From Mobula hypostoma (Eukaryota), in assembly GCF_963921235.1 (NCBI RefSeq), contig NC_086108.1, positions 24,862,001 through 24,926,000 on the forward strand: 64,000 nt of DNA, in the 5' to 3' direction. A program made the translations under genes and the position numbers. The notes under the pieces were generated by a model, which made no database searches, was not told the DNA's origin, and saw only the letters and a list, made by a program, of their open reading frames with translations. Below are positions 25,510-38,399 of this stretch, piece by piece (the first letter of the stretch is position 1; every line of letters begins with the position of its first letter).

Positions 25510-26560
25510 GGCAACACACACAAAATGTTCGAGGAATTCTATAGGTTAGGCAGCATCTATGAAAATGAAACAATAGTCGATGTTTTGGGCCTAGACCCTT
25601 CTACAGGACTGAGAAGTGTAAGGGGCTTCTTCTGTTATGTTACTGTTAAGGCTAATAAAATGGCTTCTTTGTTATGTTATAATAAAATGGCTTCTCTGCA
25701 ATGTTAACTGCTGAGTTAACGGTAGCAGCTTGTTTGGGTTATAATTACTGTTAACGAAAATTGGGATTGATGTTATTCTTTCTTGTGTGTCTGTAAGCTA
25801 TTGTTTTGCAGGCTTTGGGGAGAAGGCGCGATGGGGACAGAGAGAGGATACGCGATGCTATAAACTGGGCGACGGAACAGACCCCGAGCAGGAGTCCGAG
25901 GCCCAGGGTCTTCGGCAAGGAGAGGAGTCAAGGACAGACACATGTGGAGCGTTTGGTCGACTACCAAGAGTGGTCCCATTCAAGGGTCGGCAGAGTTTGG
26001 AGGACATCAACTGGAGGAAAGGGAGACCTGGTTCTGTAAGAGCTCCACATGAATTATTTGTGCACAGAACTGATAGAGTTACTGACTTGGCACCTTTATT
26101 GTATTTGTTTCTACTAACCCATCACCAAGAAATACTTATAAAGTGTAATCATATAATCGCAAATTGTGTACTATACGTTATTTGGTGTGGTGGGGTATAT
26201 CACACAGCATCTACACAAACTTGGTTACCCAGTTTGGCGGGGCTGAAGGCTGCTCCCCCTAGTCAAAAGCGAGCTGAGTGACCCTGAGGCTTACCAGGAG
26301 GCTACAGAAGGAAGGCGGAAGACACTAGAATAAAGAGACAGGGGAGGGGAAGGAAGCTAGCTGGTGAAGCCAGGCGGATGGGAAAAGTGAAGGGCTGGAG
26401 AAGTAGGAATGATAGGAGAATGGACTATAGGAGAAAGGGAAAGAGGAGAGAATCCAGGGGAGGTGATAGGCAGGTGAGAAGAGTTAAAAGGCCAGAGTGG
26501 TGAATAGAGGAAGAGGGGAGGGAGAGGGAATTTCTTTTACTGGAAAGAGAAATTGATATT
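25510..26560 (-). mobile_element. Penelope-like 3' region interrupted by a solo LTR
   Basis: gcaacacacacaaaatg...gaccctt..caggactgagaag, continuing after 26306 as gaaggcggaagacactagaataa followed by the purine-rich UTR. Confidence 0.7.
25617..26306 (+). mobile_element. Solo LTR (690 bp), probably Gypsy-type
   Basis: Begins TGTA and ends TACA. 4-bp TSD gaag at 25613-25616 and 26307-26310. TATA-like gctataaa at ~25858 sets the orientation. Confidence 0.8.
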
Positions 26561-27933
26561 TTTTCATTCTTTCAAAACCTTGCCACCGATGAACAAAGTG
26601 AACATTTATTTTGTGGTGGCCAGGGTAAGGGACTAATGTTAGTGAATCGTGTATCTGTACTCCTTTTGTATTTGACTAATATATTAATGTTAATATTTTT
26701 GGGAAATTTTGATATGAATTTGTTGAACAAAACTTGCTCTCATTGGCCAATTAAGCCACCCTCAGATACTGAGTCTAAAAATTTCAACACCAATGTGCAG
26801 TAAGTGAGCAGTTGACATTAGCCTTGTATGAAAAAGCTGCTCTGAAAAGTTGTGGTTTTAACAACATATTTCTTTGTACTGTTGTCATCTCAGAAACAAA
26901 AAGCAGGGCTTAAATATTTACTTCTGTTTTTTTTTAACCTTGAAAAGGAACTTCCAGTGCATCAGAACTGAGCCAGCTGCAAAAACCTAACCAGCTACTA
27001 ATATGCATCACCAATGATATATTTCACGGTGACTGTGTACTCCAACTCACAAATAATAATCAACTTGTTATTATCTGGTAGGTACATGTTTTCTCCAGGA
27101 CCAGCATTTTCCTCTTTTGGCAAAATATATTCAGATATCTTTCAGAATTTTATTAACAGTTTTGTTGTGTTTTATATATGTCAATTGGAAATATTAATTC
27201 CAAAGGATAAAAGTGTGTTTTATTTTCAATTATATCCCAGCCATTTATAGATGGGCAATGCTTATCACAGGCAATTATACAATTATTAAGAGTTCTTTAT
27301 GATTTGCGAATATTTAATATTTGCTATTATTCATACCTTGCTGCAGAGACTACAGGCTGCCCATTTTGCATCAGTACTCCTCCAGGACTACATTAAGCTC
27401 CTTCACATGGTGGAACTAATTCTGGTAAAAGGAGTGGAATGTGGTTTCAGCTACTTTAAGTCATCAATTCTAAGGTACTTCCCAAAATCCATATTAACCT
27501 TATGAAATTTCTTAGCAGTTTCATTGTACTGGACTGATGAAGATGTTGACAACTACTCCCAACTAGTAAACAGAAATTCACTTAGAATTTTAGGTAGATC
27601 CAGCTTGAAGTCGTAGAAAATTGTTGAATAGTAATGCACTTCCTACTTCTATATCTTGTCATCTTTAACAATACTCTAAACCCAGGGAGCATAGCATCCA
27701 ATTGTCAAAAACTCCTACTTCCAGATTTTCTCTGCAATACCCAGGGCCACAGATCCCACCATAACAACTTCTATTTCTACGCTCATTTGTGTATTTTCTG
27801 CTGGAAAATTTCCGCCAATGGACTGACCCCATGTGGTTCCACAAAAAGGTGGATGTACTCTACCAGACTGTGTTTTTCAAATCCATCATTTTCAAGGCAT
27901 TTAATAATGCCCAAACCCGTACATAACCTGGAG

Positions 27934-28014
27934 TAGGGGATCCCAACCTTTTTTATGACATGGACCAATACCATTAAGGAAAGGGGTCCATAGAATGCAG
28001 GTTTGGAACCCCTG
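27934..28014 (+). mobile_element. 81-bp hAT (Charlie-like) MITE
   Basis: TIRs taggggatcccaacc / ggtttggaacccctg. 8-bp TSD acctggag (27926-27933) and ccctggag (28015-28022), one mismatch. Confidence 0.8.
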
Positions 28015-29127
28015 CCCTGGAGTGCTGCTACCATGCAGTTCAGTAATCTTTATCTTTACAGTTGCTACTTTAGACCATAAGACATCAGAGCAGAGTAAGA
28101 CCATTCAGCTCATCATGTCTACTCCACCATTCCATCACAGCTGTCCATCATCTTTCTCAACCTCACTCTCCTGCATTCTCCACATAACCTTTGACACTCT
28201 GATTACTTGGAGTGAAATTACATTGTGCTCCTAAGTCTTCTGATAATTTTAAGGGCTACTTGTCTTCAGCTGTAATGCAACACACTCCTTGTTCATTAAA
28301 TCAATAGCAGCAAGCTCTGTAATAAATAGAAACTGTTGTTCTTGCCATCTATTTATATGCAGGCAATTTACTTCCATGGAATCTCTTTGCAAAGTGGTTG
28401 CACTTACTGCATCTTATTTCATGATAAGTTTTACAACTCCCCCGTGAAACTCCCATTTCTTCCACCTTATTATTATGCACATTCCTTAGCCGGTTATGCT
28501 TGTAATGTATTTCATAAAGCTTAGGAAAGCACGTCTGGTAATCTGAATACTTTAAACTGTGCCCTCATGGTTTTTGTCACATCTTCTCCAAGGTTCGATT
28601 AGCCACTCAGATTTCTCAATTCTACTTTAGAGTATTTCTTCTGGATTTATTGCCCAAAATGTGCAAACCTCAATGAGGTATCACCTGGGGATTATACTGG
28701 TCATATAACTCAAGATTCCCCTGATATCTCTGGTTATGTTTGATCTCCTCAAAGGGAATGTTCTTATGTGGCTGGCATTACAGACATAATTTCTTCTGTT
28801 ATCTTGTATTCCTCTCCAACCTCGACCAAGCTAGTTCAGATGAAATACAATACATGGTGCCTTTACGACAAAATTACATTATATATGAAATGTTACTATC
28901 CAAACTTATAACACCTTCCATCTGAGAAGCATTATCAAAGCCCATGGTGTTATAAGGATTGATCCAATATTCTTGACTCTGCTCTTCTGTTCCAGAACTC
29001 CCAGGATCAAACTGCACGTGATAAATTCAATTCCAAAAGGTTATCAATCCATTGGTTGCAAGCCGGATTGAACTGAGTAGGCTCGCTTTAAATAAATACA
29101 GTAATAATTAGCCATTAATACAGTAAT

Positions 29128-29634
29128 AACTAGCTGCCGCTGCTACTGTGTGGTCCAGAATCTCCGGAGGCGAAGGCCCCGAGTCCTCGGCTTTGCTTAT
29201 TGCTCGGCGGCCGGGGTGGGGTCGAAGCGCTTGGCAGAGACGGTGCTCGGTGCTCGGTGTCAGAGGGCTGATTGGAGGCTCGAAGTTTTCGGACGGACTC
29301 AGAGTCAGCTGCGGTCGGGTGCTTCCGATGCATCGGCAAGTTTGCGGCGCTTGGAGGTTTATGGCAGGGAGAATTTCTCCCTTCTACCGTCTGCATGAGA
29401 TGATGGGGCTATCGGGACTTGAGACTTTTTTTTACCGTATCCATGGTCTGCTCTTTATCAAATTACGGTATTGCTTTGCACTGTTGTTATAATTATGTGG
29501 TTTTGTCTGTTTTAGTTTTGGTTTGTCCCGTGTTTCTGTGATATCTCCCTGGAGGAACATTGTATCATTTTTTAATGCATGCATTTCTAAATGACAATAA
29601 AGGAGCACTGAGTGTCTTCATAATCTAATCTAAT
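29128..29634 (+). mobile_element. 5'-truncated copy of the 19345-20022 non-autonomous retroelement
   Basis: Shares 'ggaggtttatggcagggag', 'aatgcatgcatttctaaatgacaataaa' and the (taatc)n tail. Confidence 0.75.
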
Positions 29635-30059
29635 ATAATTTATTTGGAGATCAGCTAGGGAATCCAAGCCCAATAGAACTTGACTACTTATGTTAGATTT
29701 GGGACAGGTTGGGTCACAAAAAGGAGTTTGCATTGTGTCTTAAGTTTATATATAGCCGTGTATTCTGTTGCCCCACCAGTGGCCAAACCTGGTGGAAATT
29801 TGGAAAACTTGGTATAAGGACACCATTTTTGGCATGAAACAAGGAACAATTTCTAGGGTGTGGAAGGTTTTTTCTTATCCAGACATAAGGCTATTGTGTT
29901 TTCTGATGCTGTCAAGGGCCAATATATTGATTGCCTGTGCCAGAAGAAGGCAAAAACATCTTCAATGTTAGCTCGTGTGAGGAATTCGACCACACCAAAA
30001 ATTACATAGAGTCTTGTAGCATTTTTAATGTTTAGTGGAACTATCAGCAGAGAGTTCAC

Positions 30060-30605
30060 ACTCCTGATAACTAGAGTGGGTGGGGTCTTTGATTATGCTG
30101 TCTGCTTTACCAAGAAAGCAAGAATTACATAGTCCTTAGAGGGGATGCAGGTTCCTGTAACGTACTGAGCTGTCTACAAATCACTGCAGTTTCTTGCAGT
30201 ATGAGCAGAACATTTATGCATCCATTCAGAATGCTTTCTATGGTGCATCAATAAAAAATACTAAAAGTCAACAAGGACACGCCGAATTTCTTTAGCCTCC
30301 TGAGGAAGTAGAGGTTTTGGTGAGCTTTCTCGGCCGTCACGTCAAAGTGGTTGGACCCGGACAGGTTAGTTGTGATGTTCACACCTAAGAAGTTGAAGCC
30401 GTCAACCGCAACATCATTGATGAAGGCAGGACCATGTCCACCATCCGTCTTTCTGAAGTCAATAACCGGCTCTTTTGTTTTGCTGACATTGAGGGAAAGG
30501 TTGTTGTCATTACACCATGTCGCTAAGCTCCCTATCTCCTTCTTATCCTCCAAATCATCATTGTTTAAATGCAGCCCACTACAGTGGCATCATCTGGAAA
30601 CTTGT
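30060..30605 (-). mobile_element. Rex/Babar-like LINE fragment
   Basis: ORF WCNDNNLSLNVSKTKE..DFRK..FLGVNI..LYFLRRLKKFG. Confidence 0.8.
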
Positions 30606-31029
30606 AGTCTGTTGTTGTCACAACTGGCAACAGTATCTTTCCACAGTAGTGAAAAACAAATAAAACTACAGACATTGAAATATGGAACAGAAACAGAAAA
30701 TGATGAAACAAATGAAGTAGTCAGTGAAAACCTGTGGGCAAGGAAACCAGTTAATAGTTTGGGTCAGGGACCTTTCCACAAAACTTTTATAGTTTATTTT
30801 TCTATAGTTTTAGATTCTAACTTTGGTTCTTCATTCTCATCTTGAATCATTGTGATTTGTTTTGAAACAATCTATGTTATGCTGGGGTAACAAATTTTAA
30901 ATTTTTCTTTAAAAAATTATTTTCATTTTTTTCGCAGTACCAACAATGATTTTATACTGATAAAACATGATCAATTAAAGCCTTGAACTCAAATACACAG
31001 AACCTCCCTCTGGTGCTCCTAAACACCCC

Positions 31030-31330
31030 CCACTCCGCCCTTTATTCTTTCTTCCATGGCCTTTTGTCTCTTTCACCAATCAACTTCCTAGCTCTTTGCT
31101 TCATCCCCTCCCCCTCTAAGTTTCAACTATCGCCTGGCGTTTCTCTCTCCCCTCCTCCCAACTTTCAAATCTACTCCTCAGTTTTTTTTCTCCAGTTCGG
31201 CCGAAGGGTTTCGGCCCGAAACATCGACTGTACTTTTTTGATTGATGCTGCCTGGCCTGTTGAGTTCCTCCAGCATTTTGTTAGTGTTGGTCAGATTTTC
31301 AGCTTCTGCAGATTTTCTCTTGTTTGTGTT
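31030..31330 (+). mobile_element. Penelope-like terminal fragment
   Basis: Pyrimidine UTR followed by gaagggtttcggcccgaaacatcgactg...gatgctgcctggcctgttgagttcctccagc. Confidence 0.75.
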
Positions 31331-31929
31331 TTATCAAGAACCTTGGCATTTTGGCCTTCACACACAACAGAGTGTATCTGACAACAAATCAATGAAGTTC
31401 AATAGCAAATTATTTGCTTAACGTGGAGGCCACTGTCATTTGAACCAAGCAATTAGTATCTGTTTCAAACAACTGGCTGGTCATTGAACTCAATAATATG
31501 TTTTACAAAACTATTCTGGTTCAAAAGGTACTTGTTAACATGACTAAGGCACATGCTGATGTCAAGTCATTATCACAGGAATGTACTTAAGGAGGATAAA
31601 ATACTGATATATTATTTCTAATATTAAAGTAATATTTATATATTTAGCAGATTTAATACTTATATATAATATTTATTCACAAAAATAAGGCTGTTAAAGT
31701 TGACATAAATGTCGGAATGTTGGTTGAAAGACTTAGACAAAAAGAGGAAAATAATTCATAAGACCAGCACACCAACTGGCAGAAAAAGCAGGGGTAAAAT
31801 TAATAATACAAACAGAGCAATCACTGGAATTTTCTCTTGCCTGTCAGGTTAATACAACAAATAGCTAGACTGCATTCTCTTCATAGGATATGCATACTCT
31901 TTACCTTGAACCAGAGTGAGGGAGCATAT

Positions 31930-32643
31930 CACTCCCATCCTAGATACTCTGCATTGACTTCCTGTATCTTTTAGAATTGATTTTACAGTTCTCTTACTTG
32001 TTTTTAAAGCTCTCAATTGTCAGCCACCCAAGTACATCACAGAATCACTTTTGTTTTATAATCTTGCTCAAGCTCTCAAGTCTTCATTCCCTGGTCTCTT
32101 AAATTTAAACAATCTCCCTCAAAAGATAATTGGCAGGTCAGCTTTTTTGAACTACACTCCTAAACTGTGGAACTCTGGACCTAAAACTTAAGGGATCCAG
32201 ACTCGCTTGACGCTTTTAAACATCAGCTCAAAACTTATTTATTTAACCTTGCTTTCATGAAACATCATTTTGTCTTTTATTATTATGCTTGCATTTTGCC
32301 CCATTGAAAGAAGCTGCGGAGGGTTGTAAATTTAGCCAGTTCCATCTTGAGTACTAGCCTATAAAGTACCCAGGACAGCGTCAAGGAGTGGTGTCTCAGA
32401 AAGGCAGCGTCCATTATTAAGAACCTCCAGCACGAGGGCATGCCCTTTTCTCACTGTTACCATTGGGCAAGAGGTACAGAAGCCTGAAGGCACACGCTCA
32501 GCGATTCAGGAACAGCTTCTTCCCCTCTGCCATCCGTTTCCTAAGTGGACACTGAACCTGTGAACACTACCTCACTTTTAAAATTTACATTATTCCTGTT
32601 TTTTGCACGATATTAATCTATTCAATATACGTATACCATAAAT

Positions 32644-32678
<35 letters not shown>

Positions 32679-32830
32679 TTATTTTTTCATCTTCTTTTAT
32701 ATTATGTATTGCATTGAACTTCTGCTGCTAAGTTAACAAATTTCATAACACATGCTGATGATAATAAATCTAATTCTGATTGTAACGTACTTTGAACTAC
32801 ATCATTTTTATGAAAAAGTGATCTATATTA
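31930..32830 (+). mobile_element. L2 LINE 3' end with a nested Rex-like 3' fragment (~32312-32780)
   Basis: cttcctgtatcttttagaattgattttacagttctcttacttgtttttaaagctctc (LPVSFRIDF.VLLLVFKAL, L2 motif). The insert contains cgattcaggaacagcttcttcccc (RFRNSFFP) and (ttta)n. Confidence 0.7.
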
Positions 32831-33077
32831 TTATAATGATTGACTTCTAGGAAATGTCCATCATTGACAATAAAACTGCTTTCTGTTTAACCATTTTTTG
32901 CATTTATTTAACATTTTTATTGCTTTTGAATTTTTTTTTGAATAGTCATTGGCATGCAATCAAAAAAATTGGAACCTAAGTTCTCATTGAAATGCAGGAA
33001 AAGAAACTGTAGCACCTTGCAAATTCTTATTTGATGTACAAGAGATACTACAAATACTAAAAATATGGAAAAACACA

Positions 33078-33934
33078 CTTGTCGAAGATTGCAGAGGGAC
33101 ATTGATAGAATGCAGAAGTGGGCTGAGAAGTGGCAGATGGAGTTGAACACGGAGAAGTGTGAGGTGGTACACTTTGGAAGGACAAACTCCAAGGCAGAGT
33201 ACAAAGTAAATGGCAGGATACTTGGTAGTGTGGAGGAGCAGAGGGATCTGGGGGTACATGTCCACAGATCCCTGAAAGTTGCCTCACAGGTGGATAGGTT
33301 AGTTAAGAAAGCTTATGGGGTGTTAGCTTTCATAAGTCGAGGGGGTAGAGTTTAAGAGTCGAGATGTAATGATGCAGCTCTATAAAACTCTGGTTAGACC
33401 ACACTTGGAGTACTGTGTCCAGATCTGTTCGCCTCACTATAGGAAGGATGTGGAAGCATTGGAAAGGGTACAGAGGAGATCTACAAGGATGCTGCCTGGT
33501 TTAGAGAGTATGCATTATGATCAGAGATTAAGGGAGTTAGGGCTTTACTCTTTGGAGAGAAGGAGGATGAGAGGAGACATGATAGAGGTGTACAAGATAA
33601 TAAGAGGATTAGTTAGAGTGGATAGCCAGCACCTCTTCCCCAGGGCACCACTGCTCAATACAAGAGGACATGGCTTTAAGGTAAGAGGTGGGAAGTTCAA
33701 GGGGGATGTTAGAGGAAGGTTTTTTACTCAGCGAGTGGTTGGTGCGTGGAATGCACTGCCTGAGTCAGTGGTGGAGGCAGATACACCAGTGAAACTTAGG
33801 AGACTACTAGACAGGTATATGGAGGAATTTAAGGTGGGGGGTTATATGAGAGGCAGAGTTTGAGAGTCGGCACAACATTGTGGGCCGAAGGGCCTGTGCT
33901 GTGCTGTACTATTCTATGTTCTATGTTCTATGTT
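33078..33934 (+). mobile_element. Young 5'-truncated CR1 LINE
   Basis: LQRDIDRMQKWAEKWQMELNTEKCEVVHFG, LYKTLVRPHLEYCVQ and FFTQRVVGAWNALP, with one frameshift near 33345. (ttctatg)n tail. Confidence 0.93.
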
Positions 33935-34270
33935 CACACAAAATGCTGGAAGAGCTGAATGGGTTAGGAAACATGTATGGAGCGAAATGGACAGTTGACA
34001 TTTTGAGTTGAGATCTTTCATGGAGAGTGAAAATAAATTGTGGAGGGGAATAGCCAGTATAAAAAGGTGGGGAGAAGGGGTGGAGCAAGAGCTAGCAGGT
34101 GATAAATGTATGCAGGTGAGGGAGGGGTAGAATGGGAATGATGTAAGAATCAGGGAGATGATAGGTAAAAGTGAAAAAGGGCTGAAGATAGAATCTGATT
34201 AGAGAGGATATTGATTCATGAAATAAAGCCAAGATGAGGAGGGACACCAGAGGAAGGAAACAACTAAGCA
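33935..34270 (-). mobile_element. Decayed Penelope-like terminal fragment
   Basis: cacacaaaatgctggaagagctgaa...gacagttgacatttt followed by the purine-rich tract. Confidence 0.55.
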
Positions 34271-34959
34271 ACTGAGAAATTGCTCTCAGGCAGGAGGTGG
34301 GTAGAGATAGCAGGAAGTGACAGAAATGATGGCGGTAGTGAACGGGAAGTTGTATTGGGTGCTAGGAGTTGTATGGAGAAAGGTTAATGGCAGATTTCTG
34401 GAAAGAGAAAAATAAGTGGTGGATTGAGGATTGTAGTGACTTATTGTCCATTGATGAAGGCAGTAGACTGGATTTGATGAAAAGAAGGAAGGAAGATATC
34501 ATTGAGTTTTGAATGTGGACCTGTTCCAGACTCAGTATTTGAAAAAAAGCATTAGAAGATATTGTGGGCACAAAACCTTTAAGAGATGAAATACTTATAG
34601 TGTTCTGCCCTTCAGGCAATTCATTTGTTTTTCCATGTGACTAAGTATATTCAACTTTTATTTTAATGAGAAGTTTCCAATCTGTACTGGGCCATTTCAT
34701 GTGCAGCCAGGAAGTAGTAAGTATAAAAGCACATTGGCTGGCAGTTAGCCAGAGTTTCTGGTAGGAGCGAAAGATATTTTTAACCAAAGTCATCCTGTTG
34801 TTTTCCCAGTAGAAGTATTGCTTTATTATTCCTTATTCACCATCATTCCGTTGATTCTGCAATAAACCCAAGCAGCTAAGATGCTATACCCCGACTCTCA
34901 TGTCATTTTGGAATGGAGTTTGGCTGACCATCTAGTTGATGTTGCAACACCTCAGCAAG

Positions 34960-37900
34960 GGCAGGACACACTATTTTATCAAGATAATAAGCAATGTGTG
35001 AAAGCTTTGGGGTTAAAATATGGGAGAAAGTAAAGTAAAAACCAGTTATTATATTGAAAGATAGTGGCTTTGGAGCTGCATGATAGTGAATGTAGCTGCA
35101 TGATGTGGAAGCTGGTGGGCCCTGTTGTGGTTCCTGGTGACCACATCTGCAGCAAGTGTTGGCTGCATGAGGAACTCAGGCTCAAAGTTGATGACACGTA
35201 ATCTGAGCTTCAAACGCATCACATCAGGGAGGGGGCGAGTTACCTAGATTCTCTGTTGCGAGAGGTAGTCACACCCATTAGATTAGCTGCCTCAGATCTG
35301 GTCTGTGGTCAGGGACAAGAGGGTGTGACTGCGAGTGAGGTGGGTAGTGGGATCCGAGAGACAGTGCTAGAGGAGCCTCAGCCCTTGAGCTTGTCCAACA
35401 GGTCTGAGATTTTTGCTTCCTGTGTGAATGACAGCGGGGTCTGTAGGAAGGATGAGCAACCTACTTGTGGCACCATAGTTCAGGGAGCCATTCAAGAAGG
35501 GAGAAGAAGAGAAATGTAGTGGTAATTGGGATAGCACAGTCAGGGGAATAGACTGTCACCAGTATAGAGCGTCCTGAAGGCTGTGTTGCCTGCCTGGCGC
35601 CCAGGTTTGGGACCTCTTATCTGACCTGCAGAGGAATTTGCAGTGGGAGGGGAAAGGTCCAGCTGTCATGGTCCAGGTAGGTACCAACGACATGGGTAGA
35701 ATGAGGAAAGAGGTTCTGCTGAGGGAACCTAAGCGGCTAAGGACTAAAGAAAAGAACCAAAAAGGTAGTAATCTCTGGATTACTATCTGAGCCACATACA
35801 AATTGACATAGGGTCAAGAAGATTAGAGAGCTAAATGTTTGGTTCAAAGATTGGAGTGGGAGAAGTGGGTTTGAATTCATGGGAAATTGGAACCAGTATT
35901 GGGGAAGGAGGGAGCTGTACCAATGGGACGGGCTCTACCTGAACTGTGATGGGACCTGGATCCTAGCGAATCGCATAACTAGGGCTGTGGATGGGGCTTT
36001 AAACTAAATAGTACGGGGTAACTTCAACAGATTGGAGAAGTGTGGATAAAGTAAAAAAGATAAGTGTGGATAAAGATAAAGAAAAAAACAGAAGATAGAG
36101 AGGAGAAAAGTAAGAGTGGAGTGAAGAATGGTGCAAAAGTGCAAGATCTGACCTTTTGCTGAAAGTACGTAAAAGCACAATGAGTGTAAGTGCACTCCAT
36201 TTGAATGTCAGTTGTACTCAAAACAAGGTCAGTGAACTTGTGGCTCAAATCAGTACGAGGAGGCATGATTTAGTGGCCAATACAGAAACATGGTTGCAGG
36301 GTGGAGGGGATTGGGAATTAAATATCCAAGGATATCAGGTAATACGGTAAGATAGGCAGGAAGGTAAGGGAGTTGGGGTAGCACTCTTAACTAATGATGA
36401 AATCAGGGCAATAGTGAGAGACGATATAAGATCTAAGGAGCAGAATATTGAATCCATCTGGGTAGAGTTTAGAAATAGTAAAGGGAAAAAAAACTACTAG
36501 TGCGAGTTGTCTATTGGCCACCGAATAAATAATAACATTACAGTGGCACAGGCAATAAACAGAGAAATATCTGAGGAATGTAAGAATGGAACAGCAGTTA
36601 TCATGGGGCTCTGAAGCGCCGAATGGCCTACTCCTGCACCTATTTTCTATGTTTTCTATGTTTAACTTGCACATAGATTGGATGAATCAAGTTGGTTGAG
36701 GCAGTCTTGAGGAGGACTTCATAGAATGCATCTGTGACGGCTTTTCTGAGCAGCATATTACTGAACCTACAAGGGAACATGCTATCTCAGATCTGGTCCT
36801 GTGCAATGAGACAGGTGAAATTAGTGAACTTGTAGTTAAGAATCCTCTTGGAAAGATTGTTCACTGTATGATTGAATTTCTCATACAAATGGAGGGTGCA
36901 ACAGATCAATCTAAAACCAGTGTATTATCCCTAAACAATGGAGACTACAATGGGATGACAGTGGATTTGGCTAGTGTAGACCGGGAACACAGACTATATG
37001 GTGGGACAGTTGAGGAACAGTGGAAGACTTTCAAAGAGATTTTTCATGGTGCTCAACAAAAGTATATTCCAGTTAAAAGCACGGACAGTAAGGGTGGGGA
37101 AAGCCAGCCTTGGATAACTAAGGCAATAAAAGAAGGCATCAAGCTAAAAGCTTGTGCATACAAAGTCACCAAGATTAGTGGGAAACTGAAAGATTGGGAA
37201 ACTTTAAGAAGCAACAAAGTACCACTACGTGAGCAATAAAGAAAGGGAAGCTAGATTATGAAAATAAACTAGCACAAAATATAAAAATGGATAGTAAAAG
37301 TTTTTTATAATTGTATAAGGCAGAAAAGGACAGCAAAAGTGAATGTAGTTCCCTTGAAGGACAAGAAGGGGGAATTGATATTGGGTAGTGAGGAACTGGC
37401 CAAGGCTGTGAATGACTATTTTGTGTCAGGTCTTCACGGTGGAGGAGCATCTAACATGCCAAAGAGAGATGTTATGGATTCAATGGGAAGTGAGGACCTT
37501 GATGCAATATTTATCACTAAACAGGTAGTGCTGAGCAAACTTGTGGGCCTGAAGATGGATAAGTGCCCTGGTCCTGACTGAATGCATCCCAGGGTAATGA
37601 AAGAAATGGCAGAAGTTATGGTAGAGGCCTTGGTGTGGAGGGACATGAGAGTGCTTGTGCATGAATCACAAAAGGTTGATTTGCAGGTGCAGCAGATCAT
37701 CAGGAAGGCAAATGGAATGCTGGCCTTCAGCACTAGAGGGATTGAATTTAAGAGCAGGGGGGTTATGCTGCAACAGTACAGGGTTCTGGTGAGTCCATAC
37801 CCAGAGTACTGCATGCAGTTCTGGTCCCCTTTCTTGAAGAAGAATATACTGGCTTTGGAGGTGATGCAGAGGAGGTGCAGCAGGTTGATTCCAGAGATGA

Positions 37901-38362
37901 GGGGCTTAGATTATGAGGAGAGATTGTGTTGCCTGGGACTGTACTCACTGGAATTCAGAAAAATGAGAGGAGATCTACAGAAACATATAAAATTATGAAG
38001 GAGATAGATAAGATAGAGTCAGAAAAGTTGTTTCCACTGGTAGGTGAGACTAGAACTAGAAGACATAGCCTCAAGATTCGGGGGTGTAGATTTAGGACGG
38101 AAATAAGGAGTAACTACTTTTCCCAGAGAGTGGTGAATCTGTGGAATTCTCTGTCCAATGAAGCAGTGGAGGTACTTCAGTAAATATATTTAAGACAAAG
38201 TTGGATAGAGTTTTGCATAGTAGGGGAAATAAGGGCTATGGGGAAAAGGCAGGTAGGTGGAGAGAAGTCCATGCCAGATCAGCCATGATCTTATTGAATT
38301 GCAGAGCAGACTCGACGAATCAGATGGCCGACTCCTGCTCCTATTTCTTATGTTCTTATGTT
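34960..38362 (+). mobile_element. Near full-length decayed CR1 LINE (ORF1 zinc finger/esterase plus ORF2, RT core deleted)
   Basis: ORF1 remnants (C..C.MW..HICSKC; vvigds; VCCLPGA; VQVGTND). ORF2 endonuclease NTETWLQ and KCPGPD*MHPRVMKE. Deletion at ~37635 jumps to the C-terminal region. (ttcttatg) tail. Confidence 0.88.
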
Positions 38363-38399
38363 AGGTTCTTTGGGGAGCAATCTCTGGAATACCTTTAGG

